The notes: generated by a model from the letters alone, not told the origin. Positions 46,749 through 59,610 are shown, counted from the first letter of the stretch. The stretch is DNA of 64,000 nt from Psammoneis japonica (GCA_008632985.1 QPGO01000037.1:434001-498000); one strand, 5' to 3'. Program-made: numbers and translations.

Positions 46749-49243
46749 ATGTGGCCCTTTCGACGAAAACCCGAGGACGACGAGTCGTCGTATGAATCGT
46801 ACAGTAGTTACGAGGAATACACAGATGACGAATTTGAAGAGGACCACGGGCAGCAAAAGAAGGTTGTAATTGATGGAGTGAAAGACGCAGTCGAGCCTAC
46901 GAAAGACGAACCAGTTAAAAGTGTCGAGGAAAAAGACACTGATGAACCGAACGAACCAGTCACGAAGGAAGAGGAGGAAGCTACCGAACTTAGTACAAAA
47001 GAGGAAGCAAGCGACTCTTCTGACGAAGACTCGGACGATGACTTGGTCATGGTAGAACCCGAACAGGAGGATGAAGAGTCGGTCGAACCCGAAGCTGCTC
47101 TATCCTACAGCACTGAAGCGTCTGTCGCTACAACCGACGATGAGGATGAAGATGATGATAATACAGCCTCTGATACAGGTGAGGAAGGTCAGTTAGATGT
47201 TTCTGATGATGAAGAGGATGAAGACGACGAAGAAGAGCCGTCGTCCTTGGCGGAAAAACATTCTCTCTTGGCCTTGGCTGCCGAACACGATCGGGTCGAT
47301 ATTCTCAAGGCAATCTTGACCGAAAACGCACAGGATCAAAGCCTCTTGTTGAATGCCCCCATTCCACCACTCCACGTCGCAGTCTGTTATGGCAGCACGC
47401 ATGCCACATCATGTCTTTTGCGCATGGGTGCGAATCCAGCAATTCGTCCCAATGTCGCTGAGATTCAAAAGGGAGGAGAGAAACACCTACTAGAAATGGC
47501 CCATTTGGCGCGCTATGACGATGTGTCTGCATGGGAACTGGCGTTTGGACGGACTGCTAAAGAGACAGTCGGGGAAGGTAGCGAAGAAGCGGACAAGAAA
47601 GTCTCGGACGAAGCCGCGGCTGCAGAAGAATCAACGGAAGAGAGAAAGGGTTGGTTTGGCGTCTTTCGTGGTTCTTCCAGCAAGATGCAGACGACGAGCA
47701 AGAGCCACCCAAAGACGTCAAAGAAGAAGAGGACGAGACAACCAAGTTTCGTCGTTCAACGGTGAAACCTGTTGACATGGCGCCTTCCAAGCGTGAAGGT
47801 ATTCGACACGCATTCATGGCGGAAGCTCTGCGATGCATCGGGGCTGATGAGGTACATCGTTTGCAACAGCTTTTGGATGCGGTATGCCCTCGGATGTGGA
47901 TGTTGGAGGAAAACCCTGCATGCATGGTGTGTTGAAATGGAAGCTTCTCAGTGCGAAGAACTGATTCGACCGCCTGCAACAGGCGAGAAGACGATGAGAA
48001 CGCAGACGAGGACGAAAAGCAGCAAAAGGAAGAGAACGAGGAGGAAAAGCCAGATTCTGGAGATTCACCATCAAAACCTTCAGACTCGGGATCGACTGCT
48101 ACCATCCGCGACAAGGAGTCGCTGGCTAGTCTTACCAACCACCTTGAGGAACTGGAATCCTTATCTACGGCCTTGTCGACTTGCTTGGACAATTTGGCAG
48201 AGGAAGTTTCTGTTTGCCATGGATTGCTCCTGTCGGGAGGAGGTGCTGCTGCGTTGGCGTCGCATGTGCGCAGTCTCAAGAATCTGCGTGAACGCCGCCA
48301 AGACGAACTGGTGGATTGGAATGAGAAATGGGAAAAGAGCGACAAGGAACTTGCGCACTGGATTCAACAATACGGCGGTATCGAGAAGTATTCAGACGAT
48401 TTCCCTTCTCCCAGTTTGACAAACTTGGACACGACCGTCACAGCAAGTTCCCGAAACCAAAAACGAAAGAGGAGGAGGAATCACAACGTAGGCAACTCTT
48501 GGCGCAGTTGGCGGCTAGCGAAAACAAGGTTCGAAAGCTCCGTGCGTCCATTACAGACTTGTCGGAGGAGAACACGAGGGATTTGGAAGAAGTCGAGCGT
48601 CGTAATCTGACGGGTGGTGTCAAGTTGGTACGATCACTGAGGGATGAATTGCGCGAGGTTGAGTTTAAACTATCTCAAGCCAAGAGTGGTGAAGCAGCAT
48701 GCCGAGCTCACGTTAGCATGATTCAGTCTCGACTGGAAACGAGAAAGAAGATGGAAGGACCTGCTGTGGAGACCGTTGACGATAAGGAAGAGACCGCTAT
48801 GGCGGTGGCCGACAAAGTCAGCACAGATGAGGCACCCGCACACACATCGGCGGTCAACAACGCCAGCGAGGCCAAGCAAGAGGCTGCTGAAGAACAAGCA
48901 CCAGCAGAAACCAACAAGAGTAGAGGGCTACCTACTAGTTCGCAAGAAATTCCGAAAAAGAGGCAGTCCGAAGTAATTGCGACAGGAGACTCCACTGCTA
49001 TTACAGTTCAGTAAGTGAACTCACTCATCCTTTTTCTGCACTTGACGTTCTTTCATCAGAGTTGCACATTTTTCTAACTTGTTATTGTCTCCTCTTTTTT
49101 TCTACAGCCAACCACATGGACATGGATACTTACCAATTGACTTGTGGGATATCCTTCTTCGCATCATTGGAATGGGTAGAGATGCTGTAAGGAGGAGTGC
49201 GGAAAGCATGAGAGGACAGTCGTCCAATGTAATGATTGTCTAA
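46749..49243 (+). CDS. Acidic ankyrin-repeat / coiled-coil protein (frameshifts; last intron ~49010-49107)
   Basis: D/E-rich N-terminus, ankyrin repeats 'SLLALAAEHDRVDILKAIL...PPLHVAVCYGSTHATSCLLRMGANP', coiled-coil segments in 47951-49014, terminal exon ending ...NVMIV*. Confidence 0.7.
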
Positions 49244-49361
49244 ACGCTAGAGTGTACCGCATAGATTGAAACAGTGCATTCTCTCTCGTCTCATCTGGTT
49301 TCAAGATTAAAATGGACCACATAATCCAACTTGCTTGGCACAAGATGTTGCTGCTTTTTAC

Positions 49362-49600
49362 GAGCTACAAGTAGACTCTCTAGAGTGTAGCTACGGCAGT
49401 GCTGTAGAGAGAGAGCGGCGTGACCGGGTTTGACTGCTCTCTACTCTAGTAGCTAGACTATTGTTGCTACTACTTGTAGAATAGAGAGTGTATGATACAT
49501 CTCAATCCGGCCGACGAAGAGCGAGATAGCTAGAGCTAGCTCTACTCTCTAGAAGTAGCTACTCTCTAAGTAGAGAGCGAGATAGCGAGCGAGCGAGAGA
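49362..49600. repeat. Second TA-hyper-rich CTAG/GTAG/GAGA tract
   Basis: 'CTCTCTAGAGTGTAGCTAC', 'CTACTCTAGTAGCTAGACTA', 'TAGAGCTAGCTCTACTCTCTAGAAGTAGCTACTCTCTAAGTAGAG'. Confidence 0.75.
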
Positions 49601-49685
49601 GTGGGTGGGGAGTGTCTGGCCGCCTGCGCCTGCGCCTGAAATTGTTCAACGTCGTCCGTTTATCACTACGTGAATCTTTCTCCAG

Positions 49686-51038
49686 ATGACGATGATGAGA
49701 ATGGGTCGCTCTGTTGTGCAGCTATGTAGGCTGGTAGCTAAAAGTGGGAAGCGATGCGTTACTGTTCAACAAAGCCCATGCAGAGTAGCATTGCGTGAGC
49801 AAAGTGTCGGTTCTCAATCGCCGCTACTGTTTTTTCAAAGTCGATGGGTATCAGGCAACCCCAGCACGAGTCGCGGCACCTTGGTAGAGGGAGAAATTGT
49901 GGAAAAGACATCTCTCGAAACTCCAAATGATGATGACACGTATGTGATAGAGCAAGAGCTAAAACAAGCACTCCAAAATCACCAATCACTCGTAGACAGC
50001 GCCGATCATGACAGAATTGTTGAGTCTCTCCATGGTATTCGAGATTTGTACGAGCAGTTGAATTGGTGGGACGATGCGCTGCAAACCGAATCGACCTGCT
50101 TGGACTATGTACAAGACGATGAAGAAGCCAGTGCCGATTGCTTTGGTCGAATGGGACGGTATTATTTGGAAATGAACAAGCTACGGCAGGCTCGACGTTG
50201 CTTTCAGACTTGTTTGGATCTCTTGACGAAAATACATCCCGACCAGTTTCATCACGACTTGGGACGTGCCTACAATGACTTGGCACGAGTAGAATTAGAA
50301 CAAGGAAATTTGTCTCTGGAAGAATCCATGCCGTTTTTAGAACAAGCTGAGAACCACTACAGATATCATGGCAAGACGGCTTCTGAATTCGACATTTTGG
50401 ATGAGGAGATTGACGAGAATGCACCAAAACAAGAGGAACGTAAGCCTCACGAGGGCGAGTTGCCCAAGATTCTAAAGAATCAGGCGCTGCTATATCGTGT
50501 GAATGATCGTCATGACTTGGCAAAGGGCAAGTATGAAGAAGCATTGGAATTAGTATTGGAAGAGGAACAACGAGTCGAGATCAGAGTTAGTATTGCGGAT
50601 TGCCTCCTGAGCTTGGAGGAAATCGATGATGCATTAGAGAGATACCAAGATCTCTTAAGCAGCATGAAAGGCAAGGACGAGACCCCCCTTGAAGGCGTCT
50701 TGCGTCACAATGTAGGAATCATTTGTTCAAAGCAAGGTCGGAACGACGATGCTTTGATGGAATTCCAGAAAGCCTATGATATCAAACGCCGGACCTTTGG
50801 CGAATCTCATATCGAGGTGGCAACAACACTGAATGGTTTGGGTGCCGTCCATGCTACGAAAAACAACATGGGCGAAGCATTATCCTATTTTCGGGAAGCA
50901 CTCTTGATTGCTCGTGTGAATGCTCAGGACGATCTCGGCGATAATGATCCACAGGTTCAGCATGCGTTGCGAAACATTGCACTTGTCCAAGGGGACATGC
51001 CTGCGGGAGGACATAAGCCAGATCCTCTTGCGTACTGA
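49686..51038 (+). CDS. TPR-repeat protein (kinesin-light-chain-like TPRs), probable mitochondrial presequence
   Basis: 'LRHNVGIICSKQGRNDDALMEFQKAYDIKRRTFGESHIEVATTLNGLGAVH'. Arg/Ser-rich, acid-poor N-terminus. Confidence 0.82.
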   Translation: MTMMRMGRSVVQLCRLVAKSGKRCVTVQQSPCRVALREQSVGSQSPLLFFQSRWVSGNPSTSRGTLVEGEIVEKTSLETPNDDDTYVIEQELKQALQNHQSLVDSADHDRIVESLHGIRDLYEQLNWWDDALQTESTCLDYVQDDEEASADCFGRMGRYYLEMNKLRQARRCFQTCLDLLTKIHPDQFHHDLGRAYNDLARVELEQGNLSLEESMPFLEQAENHYRYHGKTASEFDILDEEIDENAPKQEERKPHEGELPKILKNQALLYRVNDRHDLAKGKYEEALELVLEEEQRVEIRVSIADCLLSLEEIDDALERYQDLLSSMKGKDETPLEGVLRHNVGIICSKQGRNDDALMEFQKAYDIKRRTFGESHIEVATTLNGLGAVHATKNNMGEALSYFREALLIARVNAQDDLGDNDPQVQHALRNIALVQGDMPAGGHKPDPLAY

Positions 51039-51351
51039 GAAAATCCAGATCGCAGAAGAATGCGTCGACAGTCTGCAGACGAAATTAAAATAAAGCTTCG
51101 ATAAGAATCTTCAGCTTGCTAGCTTGTCATCACCATGATGCGTACTGTGCACACGAGACAGACGTCCATACAGAAAAGGAATGCCGATCAGATCCTGTTA
51201 CTCTCGGCTCTCGCATCTCTGTTTCTGATGCGATTACATTGAAGTCTAATACCTATTCTGTCACCTGCTTTTTACAATAGGAACTGTACCTATTAAGCTT
51301 CTCTCTAGTGGCCGCTGTACTAAAAATGCGACACTAAGATTCTCTCGCATC

Positions 51352-52374
51352 TTACTTTGTTTCGATAATTTGCTTCGGCTTCATGTGAAAGATATTGTCT
51401 TCTTCTGGGACCGAATCGTCATTCAAGTTACGAATGATAACCATGATTTCATGCAGACCCACAGTCGTTCGTCCACCAATGGCAGCCCTGAAATTCTTCT
51501 CATCAAAGTCAAATCCCGGCATGGCGTTCATCCTCAAGACAATCATGTCCAGTTCCTTGGGTCCGATCGCATTGTCCTCATTGTTGTCTGCCTTGAAGAC
51601 GATTTCGATCAAGTCTTGAACAATCTGTGCGGATAGATTCTTTTTGATCTCTGCCAGAATGCGCTTGTTTTCTTGGACAATGAACTGCAGCTGCGAAACC
51701 TGCGTCCGAGACTTTACCGCAATCTCCTCCAACTTGCCCTCGACACCTTGCAGATCCATGACGGACGATTCCAATTGATCCTTCAAAGGTAGTTGATGAG
51801 GCACCAGAAGCAGAAAGTAAGGAATTGGTTAGTTGAGAGGGCTTGACGCACATTTACGTGGCTTCTAAGGATGAACTAACTGCCTCTAACATACTTACCA
51901 GACTGGAATGCAAAACGTTGTTTTCGCTCTGCAATTCATTGACGTGTCCACGCAGTATGTTTTGCTGACCACGAAACCCACCCAAAGATGCGAGCTTGTG
52001 TTTTTGGTAACGAGCGTAGGGTGCAAAAAAGAGCGTCGCAAAGGAAGCGATATCGACCAAGTGCCCGGTAGTAAACACCATGGTTGCAACGCTTGCTCCA
52101 ACTACGAGTCAATGAAAAGATACAGGAGTTAGATACGGTACTGCGCCCGCTCCGGCAACCCAAAAAGATTGCAACAACAACGACGACGACAGCAAAACAA
52201 CTTACTTCCGGCAAGAGCGACTGTATCGATAAAGTATTTATGGACAGCCGTAATCCCAGAGTCGGTATCTTCTCCCTCTATGGATCCATCTCGTTTCTGT
52301 GGGTTTGCCCCGATCTTTTCATTGAAACTGCGAACGCGACGCACACAGCCAAAAACGCATCCTAGCATAGACAT
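51352..52374 (-). CDS. Conserved hypothetical protein (2 TM + coiled coil + EF-hand-like loop), paralog of 30851-31848
   Basis: Three exons: 'FATLFFAPYARYQKHKL', 'LRGHVNELQSENNVL', 'VFKADNNEDNAIGPKELDMIVLRMNAMPGFDFDEKNFRAAI'. Confidence 0.7.
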
Positions 52375-52857
52375 ATTGCCGTTTCTTTTGAGAGGATATG
52401 TAATCAAGAGAGCCGCCGAGAGACGATGAGGGGGGTATCCACCACAGTCAAAGCCAACAGGAACAGCAACTACGGTACTTGGCACTGTTGTTTCTTCTGC
52501 TGTTGTTTTGGTGTTGGATGATGGATGATGGGCTGATAATGGAAAATCTTTGGCGAATGCGACGAAAAACGGTAAAAAAGTCTGAAACGATCTCGGAAAA
52601 ATGGCAAAAACAAGAGAAAATGAACAAAAATGAAGATATCAACGTATGAGCAAGGTATGAGGAGTCTACGGTAGGCCTTTAGCTTGATGGTTGCTGTGCT
52701 CATGACTAACTAAACTCTTTTGCAAATTATGCAATGCGATCCAACAGGGCAGCTACTGTACTTTAGCGGAATTGCAGGTGAGTTCAATGACGGACTGATT
52801 GATCAGCTGACGGAAAAGTTTTTTTCCCAACACGCTGATTTCATCCATAGCACAACT

Positions 52858-53853
52858 TTAAAACAGCTTACACTGCCTTCTACGGGCAATTCTGGAGCCA
52901 ATTAAAGGAATTGGCCAACGCTTGATTTTCAGAGCCCGCAGAAAGTCGATCAGTCGCTTCTTTCTTTTCTTCTTATCAGCGGCCACTGCGCTTTTCTTTT
53001 TGTCGGCCGCTGCATTGAAATTGAAAAGATCCGGTTTTTCACGGAGAATGGAGTAGAACAGATCCGCTCTTGACGATCCAGTGTTACGGTTCACATTGGC
53101 CAAGACGTGGGCCCACAGAGTAGGATGCATGTTGTCGTGTGCCAAGAGTTGCTGGCTACGAAACTCCAAAAACACTGCAGTCACGGCATGATGACCTCTA
53201 AAGATAGAAACGTCAAGCGGCGTCGATCCACCTTCATCTTTGAAGTTCAGATCGGCACCGTATTCCAGGAGCAGTCTCGCCATACCTTCATAATCACTAC
53301 TTAAAAGATGCAAAGGCGTTGACCCGTATTCCTCGGAAGTCGTCACATTTGCAGATGCCCCGTTCTCCAACAATACTCGTGCAAAGTCCACGTGTCCTTG
53401 AAAGGCAGCATAATGAAGAGCTGTGTATTGCCCAATCGTTGTCTTCAAATCTATCTCAGCGCCATTCTGTAACAGAAACAAGCAGACATCGTCGTATCCT
53501 GCCATCGCGGCAGCATGCAACGCCGTCCAACCGCTCTCGTGTCTTCTGGCATCAATCAACGCTCCATACTCCAAAAGAATTCGTGCCGTGGGCAAATTCC
53601 TCAAGGCACACGCATATTGAAAGGGTGTGCGATTCTCTGGACCATCCTCCCGGACCGCTACATGTGCACCAGCATCCAACAGGGCTCGCAACTTGCTTTC
53701 GCGGTCTTCCAACGGAATGGCACGGACGACATAAAATACAGTGTTGACTCCATAAAATCTGTGGTTTGGGTCGGCTCCGATTTGGAGAACATGACGAACA
53801 TCACCAGCTGTGCCATGAATAAGCGCCGTTTGGAGGTCAAGGTTCACGTCCAT
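52858..53853 (-). CDS. Ankyrin-repeat protein (331 aa) with a helical C-terminal cap
   Basis: About 7 ANK repeats ('GWTALHAAAMAGYDDVCLFLLQNGAEID', 'YTALHYAAFQGHVDFARVLLENGASAN'). C-terminus 'LWAHVLANVNRN...ADLFYSILREKPDLF'. Confidence 0.9.
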   Translation of the reverse strand: MDVNLDLQTALIHGTAGDVRHVLQIGADPNHRFYGVNTVFYVVRAIPLEDRESKLRALLDAGAHVAVREDGPENRTPFQYACALRNLPTARILLEYGALIDARRHESGWTALHAAAMAGYDDVCLFLLQNGAEIDLKTTIGQYTALHYAAFQGHVDFARVLLENGASANVTTSEEYGSTPLHLLSSDYEGMARLLLEYGADLNFKDEGGSTPLDVSIFRGHHAVTAVFLEFRSQQLLAHDNMHPTLWAHVLANVNRNTGSSRADLFYSILREKPDLFNFNAAADKKKSAVAADKKKRKKRLIDFLRALKIKRWPIPLIGSRIARRRQCKLF

Positions 53854-54156
53854 CTCTTCTTCCTTCTTTCACTAAAAAATATATGTAGTAAGGAACGCCA
53901 CACCGCAGCGCTCCGTGGCAGCTACGTACTTCGCTTACCGTGTTTTTGGATATTTTATATTTTCGATGACTTTGAAATGGGGCGACGTCTTGCGGGCATT
54001 GGATTTCTTGACAGCCGAACCTATTTAGTGCATGCCTACTAGACTACATGTCTGTAGAACGCATTAAAATAGCAACGGTCCAAATCAAATCGTGTTTAGC
54101 ATCTAGGCTACTGTAGACTACTCGAATCGAGTAAAACGTTTCGGTTCAAAGAAATA

Positions 54157-57100
54157 CAGCATGCAAAATTTCAACTCATCATTGAGACATTTCAACAACA
54201 CGGTGTTTCCATACGAAGTCATTGCTGACCGCGCGCCGACGCGACCAATGACGCGACCAATGACGCGACGGGCATCGGCGTCAACCAATTATCATCGCAT
54301 CTCTTTGCTTCACGCATTAATTGCGCGCTTCTTTCCGGCCCTGCTTCGTGCTTCCACGTGTGCGCAAAAAGAAGACCCCCGTTTTCAACTCCCGAGGAAA
54401 TTCGGGCTGTCAACGTGGTTGCAGGTTAAAGCGTGGTCCCTGCTGCTGCTGCTGCTGCAGGATGTCACAGATCAGGAGAGGGTGTCAGCATGCTGACCCT
54501 GTGGGTGAAAGTGGGGCTCATGTCTGCCTCTTTTCGTTCTTTCTTGCTGGCACACACACGCTGCTGGTGGCGGCGGTTTTTGGCGGGGACGAGAGCCCTT
54601 GTGCTTGAAGGGTCGTGGTGTCAGTGGGCTTGTCAAGCAGCAGCTGGAAAAGAGCTGTTGTTGCTTGTTGCCAACCCAATGAAGAAACAACAGCCGCTGC
54701 TCACCTTGGGCTCTGGCGCCAGCATTTGCAAACAACTTGACAGCTCTGCCAGCAAACTCAGCCAGCGTGCCCGTGGAGCTCTTTCAGCTCAAGCAAGGAA
54801 CAGCCATGGATGGATTTTTGGAACCCCCCTGGGGTTTCAACAACACAGCGCTGACAAGCTCATGTTGGAGCTGACTGGTCATGGAGACTTGCCTCTGAAT
54901 GACTGCCTGTGACAAAAAAAAAAGCTTCACTGCGGTGCCGCAGTTGTCAAAAAATCTGCGCTGAGACTTTGCAAGTTTTGTGCAAGTCAATCTCTGGCAG
55001 TTGAGCACACCCAGCACACGTTTTGTCAGCACGAGAGAACCTTTCCAAGAGAAGGGTGGCAAACCAGCAGATGACACTGTGGCCAGGTCAACAAATGAAG
55101 AAACTGCACAGGGCAACAATGCCTCACACTCCCAAGAAACTCCAATGGCAGCAGGGTGCATGTGCTGGTCCCATCAAAGTTTTCAACAAAAAAGTCAACG
55201 GCAGTTTTCAACAAAAATCTTGCAGATCAATTGAGCCATGAACCAAAGAACAACTCTGTCAATTGACAAACAAAAAAACAAAGTCAATCAAGGGGACATT
55301 CTGGCAAGCCACAATGTCGCCAAATCTCATTGAGAAAAATGGAGCTGTGTGGTGTGGCAAAAATGAAGCAACAACAGCTGTCTCGCTGGACAAAGCACCT
55401 CTGCCACATTTTGCTTCATCTCTGAAAAACACAGTGGACAAAAAGAAAGCATCGCACAACAGCACTCAAGATTGCTGGAAAAACATGGGTGCATGGCAGG
55501 CAACTGTTGACAAGGATGCTCAAATCTTGGTTGCCAAATGAGGCATCTTGATCAAATCTCAGGGGCTTGACAGCACTCTTTGTTGACCCCCCCCCCCCCC
55601 CCCAGTCAGAAACTGCAGAGTCACTGTTGACAATGGCTGGGGGGGGGAGGTGAGAAGTGAAACATGACACACCTTGCAGCCTGCCAGAAACAACAGAGGG
55701 GGGACAGGCTGTGCAGTGGAAGGCAACAATGCTTGGCAGCCCTTTGTGGCACCAGCCACTGCAGATGGCTTGCTTGCAGGCACCACAACAGACACAGCGG
55801 ACTTGACATCCAGGGAAGCAGCACTCTCACAAGAGATCCATTTGAGTGTCCTCAACAAATGATGAATCTTCAATTTGAGGTGCAGCAACAGCAAAAAAAA
55901 ACTCAAGCCGCGCCTCATGGAACCTTTTTTGCACACATTTTCAAATGTTCAGAGTTGTGCCATCTGATTGCACCATCACAGCAGCACTTTTAATGTGAGC
56001 ACAATGGTCCAATTGACAACTTCATGCTCTGAGTGCAGTGCTTTGAATCATTTTCATAAGCTCCGAATGACAAAATTTGCTCCAATTGTGCTCTGCACAG
56101 GTGCCGCCACATCAAATGACTCTCTTTTGCTCTGCATGTCTTGCAGTGTAAAAAAGTGATTTTTGAATGAGTCTTTGCTCAGAATGAAACATTGAGAGCC
56201 GACCACAAGTGAAGCGTGTCTCATGTGCAGTGCAAACTGTCGCTGATGGGCAATGACTGTCATGGCAACAACTCATCATCTTTCATCTCTTCTTGCTTCG
56301 TGCGCTGCACTTGCTTTGTGGCCCACCTTTGTGCTTCCACATGCAAAAGGAAAGACCCCGTTTCAACTGTGCCAAGGAAATTTGGGGTGCAAAAAGAAGG
56401 CTGTCAATTGGGGTGCAAAAAGAAGGCTGTCAATGAGGTCACAGGGCAGCCCCTGGGGTTCGTCCCTCATGCTTGCTCGCACAACAAAGACACTCCATGA
56501 AAAAGTCAGAATTGCGCTCCAGTGTCCAGCGCCCCATGAGCAACACCTGCCTGCTGCCTGCTGCACTGAGGATTGTTGCACAGAAAATCTGTGCCAAAGC
56601 AAAAGTCTGTGCTTGTGTTTTGCAGCTTTTGACGCCACCCTCCTTCTTGTCATGCAGATCCTGGGCAAAAAGCAGAAAAGCACATTTGGCATGCAAAACC
56701 ATGGAGTGAGAGCACTGGTGGACAAAACACACATTGGATGTGCTCAGCTGCCACAGAGATTGATTTGCATGACTTGCAAAGCCACCATGGAATTTTTGAC
56801 AACCACGATGCCACAGTGAAGCCTTTGTCAAAGGCAGCTGTTTTCTGAGGTGGGTCTCCATGATCAATCAGCTCCAAACATGAATTTGAGAGCATTGCCT
56901 TGTTCCATCCATGGCTTGCTTGAGCTGAGAAGGTTCTAAGGGCACATTGGCTGAATTTTTGGCAGAATTGTCAAGCTGTTTGCAAATGCTGACAAAGACC
57001 AAAATGAGTGGCAAATGATTGTTGTTTCTTCATTGGGCTGGCAACAAGCAATGGCGCTTCTTTTCCAACTGCTTGACAAGCCCACTCATGCTCTTCAAGC

Positions 57101-59610
57101 ACAAGACGTGGGTGCTTTCCCACAAACCAGCGCCCTTGTTGCACATCTGTGCAGATCTCTTGTTGAGTTGGCTCTGCTGCAAATGATCTCTCTTGTGCTG
57201 CATCTTGCTTGAAACAGACACACATGCGCGGCTGTCAATCTTGAGGAAATGCCGACAAAAACACCCAACATTCAGTGCTGTTGAGCCATCACCTGGCATT
57301 TCTGGCACAGGCTGGCCCATGCTTCTAGCACACCAGCTGGCATGGGGCAGAAGGAGCAAGGGATCCGCTGGTGGTCAAGGCCTCACCCAGTCATGGCACC
57401 ACCTTGCAAAAAAAAAAATGAAATCCATTTTACCGCTGCCTCGCTGCCGCCCACACCAACACTGACCACAGCAGACCCACATTCCCCAGCACCCACAAAG
57501 GGTGGCAGGGACAATTTGAACACTGTCAAACGTTGTCAGAAAGACAAAGCCATCAACATGTTGTCCAAAGGCAACGCCGTTGGTGCATCATCAGAAAGAG
57601 GCTGTTTGTTTTGAGTCAGAATGGCACCAGCCGGATGCTTGCTGCATGGCAACACAGTTGCTGTGCCTCAAAGAATGGACAAGCCCAGCTGCACCGCTTC
57701 GGAGACACCAAAATGAACACTGCAGAAAACTAAAACTTGTGTCCATCTCCGAAGATGATTTGCTTGAAGAAAATGTGAATGAAATTCCTGGCATGAAACC
57801 ATCCAGGAAGCCCAACATGGACCCCAACGATGAAAGGAAATGATGATCACGGAAAATGCCATCATGCGCAGAATTGCACAGGAATTGTTGTGCACTGAAG
57901 CTGCAGCATTGAAGTGCAAAAAGAGTGCAAACACTCGGACCTGGAAATGCTGGCCACTTGAAAGACTTGTGAAGACCCACTTTGAAGCGCTGTGAAGTGT
58001 TGATCATGACATTGAATTGCACTGCAAAGAAAACTTGGAGGAAGAATGTTGGCAAGAAAAACAAAGGATGAAACTTGAAACAGTCTTGACTTGAAATTCT
58101 GGCCAAACACGCAGAATTGCACATTGAATTTGTGCTGAAATGGCTGACTTGGAAATTGCTGAATCACGCAGAAATTAACGTAGAAAACATGCTGACATGA
58201 GGAAAGAAAATGCAAAGAGATGCAACACCATGGCGGCGCCACTCCCCCAGATGCAGACACAACAGAGTGTCCCCTCCAACACCTTTTGGTTTCTCTGTCA
58301 TTGGCGCAACTGCCTGACATCCCAAAGTGCCCGAAGAGGTTGGCATGCCACCACCACACTCTCGCATGGGACAATCCTCCTGCAGGAGCTTGCACAGAAT
58401 TGCGGCACCACCTTGCAGTGACACTGCCCACCAGAGACTGCTGGCTGAAATGAGACAACACAGGAAAGAGGTCATTGCTTTCTTTTCAGCTGAGTGCAAA
58501 ATGTCCACACTGAAACAGCAAAAGATGGTTGCACTCAGAAGAGGGAGCAAAAACAGCACAAGATCTGGGAGAGAAATGTTGCTTCCAAGGACAAAGGTCT
58601 TGTCTTCACCAAAAACAGACTGGACTTCACACATTTGTTGGGTGCTAGAACAAAGGCAGCAAAGAGCTTGCCATGTGGAACAACATGACCTGGACAAGCG
58701 TGCATGCAAGAAAAAGGAGGATGTTCAGGACTTGCAGGTGCAAAATGGAGAGCCTTGGTGTGACGTGAAGAGACAGGCACCAAAGAAATGTTTTTTGCAA
58801 GTGGAGATGGATGACACCAGAGCTGTGCAGAAATGCTAATCTGCACAGCAGATGGATGACAACTGTCAATCAGCGATGCCAAAGGTTGACTCAGGTGCAC
58901 ACTCACCAGCGCCACAACAGAGGAGACAGGCCAGCTGAACTTGTGCCTGGTCCTGTGTGGAAAGTTGCAGAGTCAGCAGGAAATCATCAGGGTGCTGGCT
59001 TGTCATGGTTGGCTGCATCATGCTCATGCAAATCTTGCCCATGGGAGGGACAGAAGAAAGAAGTCCATTGTCCCTGGGCAACAAATGCAAGTCAAGACAA
59101 GCAGGGACAAAAACAACCTCTGTGCTTCCACTCAGTTCAGCGTGCATCAAATCCTGTGGAGCAAACTGAAGAGACTTGTTGTGCAGCAATGCCCTTTTGT
59201 GTGAGGTTGGCGCCGCTGCAAAAAATGATTTCTTCCACTGCATCTTGATTGAAACAGACATGCACACACACACATGGCTGATGATCTTGAGAAAATGTCC
59301 ATGAAAAACAAATGTTCAACCTTGAGTGCTTGTGCAATGTCCTGTGTGTAAAGTTTGCAGAGTTGGTGGGAAATCACCAGACAATGCAGCAAGCATGATG
59401 AGGGCCACAAGGCATCACAAAGCCCATTGTTTTCCAATGATGATTGGTGGTTGTCACACTGAAACAAGGGTGCACATTGGCAGAAATGGCCAGGGTGGCC
59501 TTGGGGGACCCAGCAAAAGATGATCATCTGAGAAGGGAAACATCAGCTTGAGAAGGAGGTGCACAGAAACACATGAACACAGCAGGGTCATTCCTGCAGT
59601 GCCACCCTTA
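54157..59610. mobile_element. Decayed nested DNA-transposon block (possibly Tc1/mariner/IS630-like), TpA- and CpG-depleted
   Basis: Begins TA|CAG at 54155-54159, with a 12-bp tandem GACGCGACCAAT at 54238-54269. Diverged internal direct repeats (54280-54415 ~ 56270-56410; 57160-57260 ~ 59205-59300) and an inverted repeat (54598-54813 ~ 56904-57104). 'NPVEQ'/'WSKLKRLV' near 59150 resembles the IS630/Tc1 'NPIExxWxxLK' motif. Confidence 0.6.
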
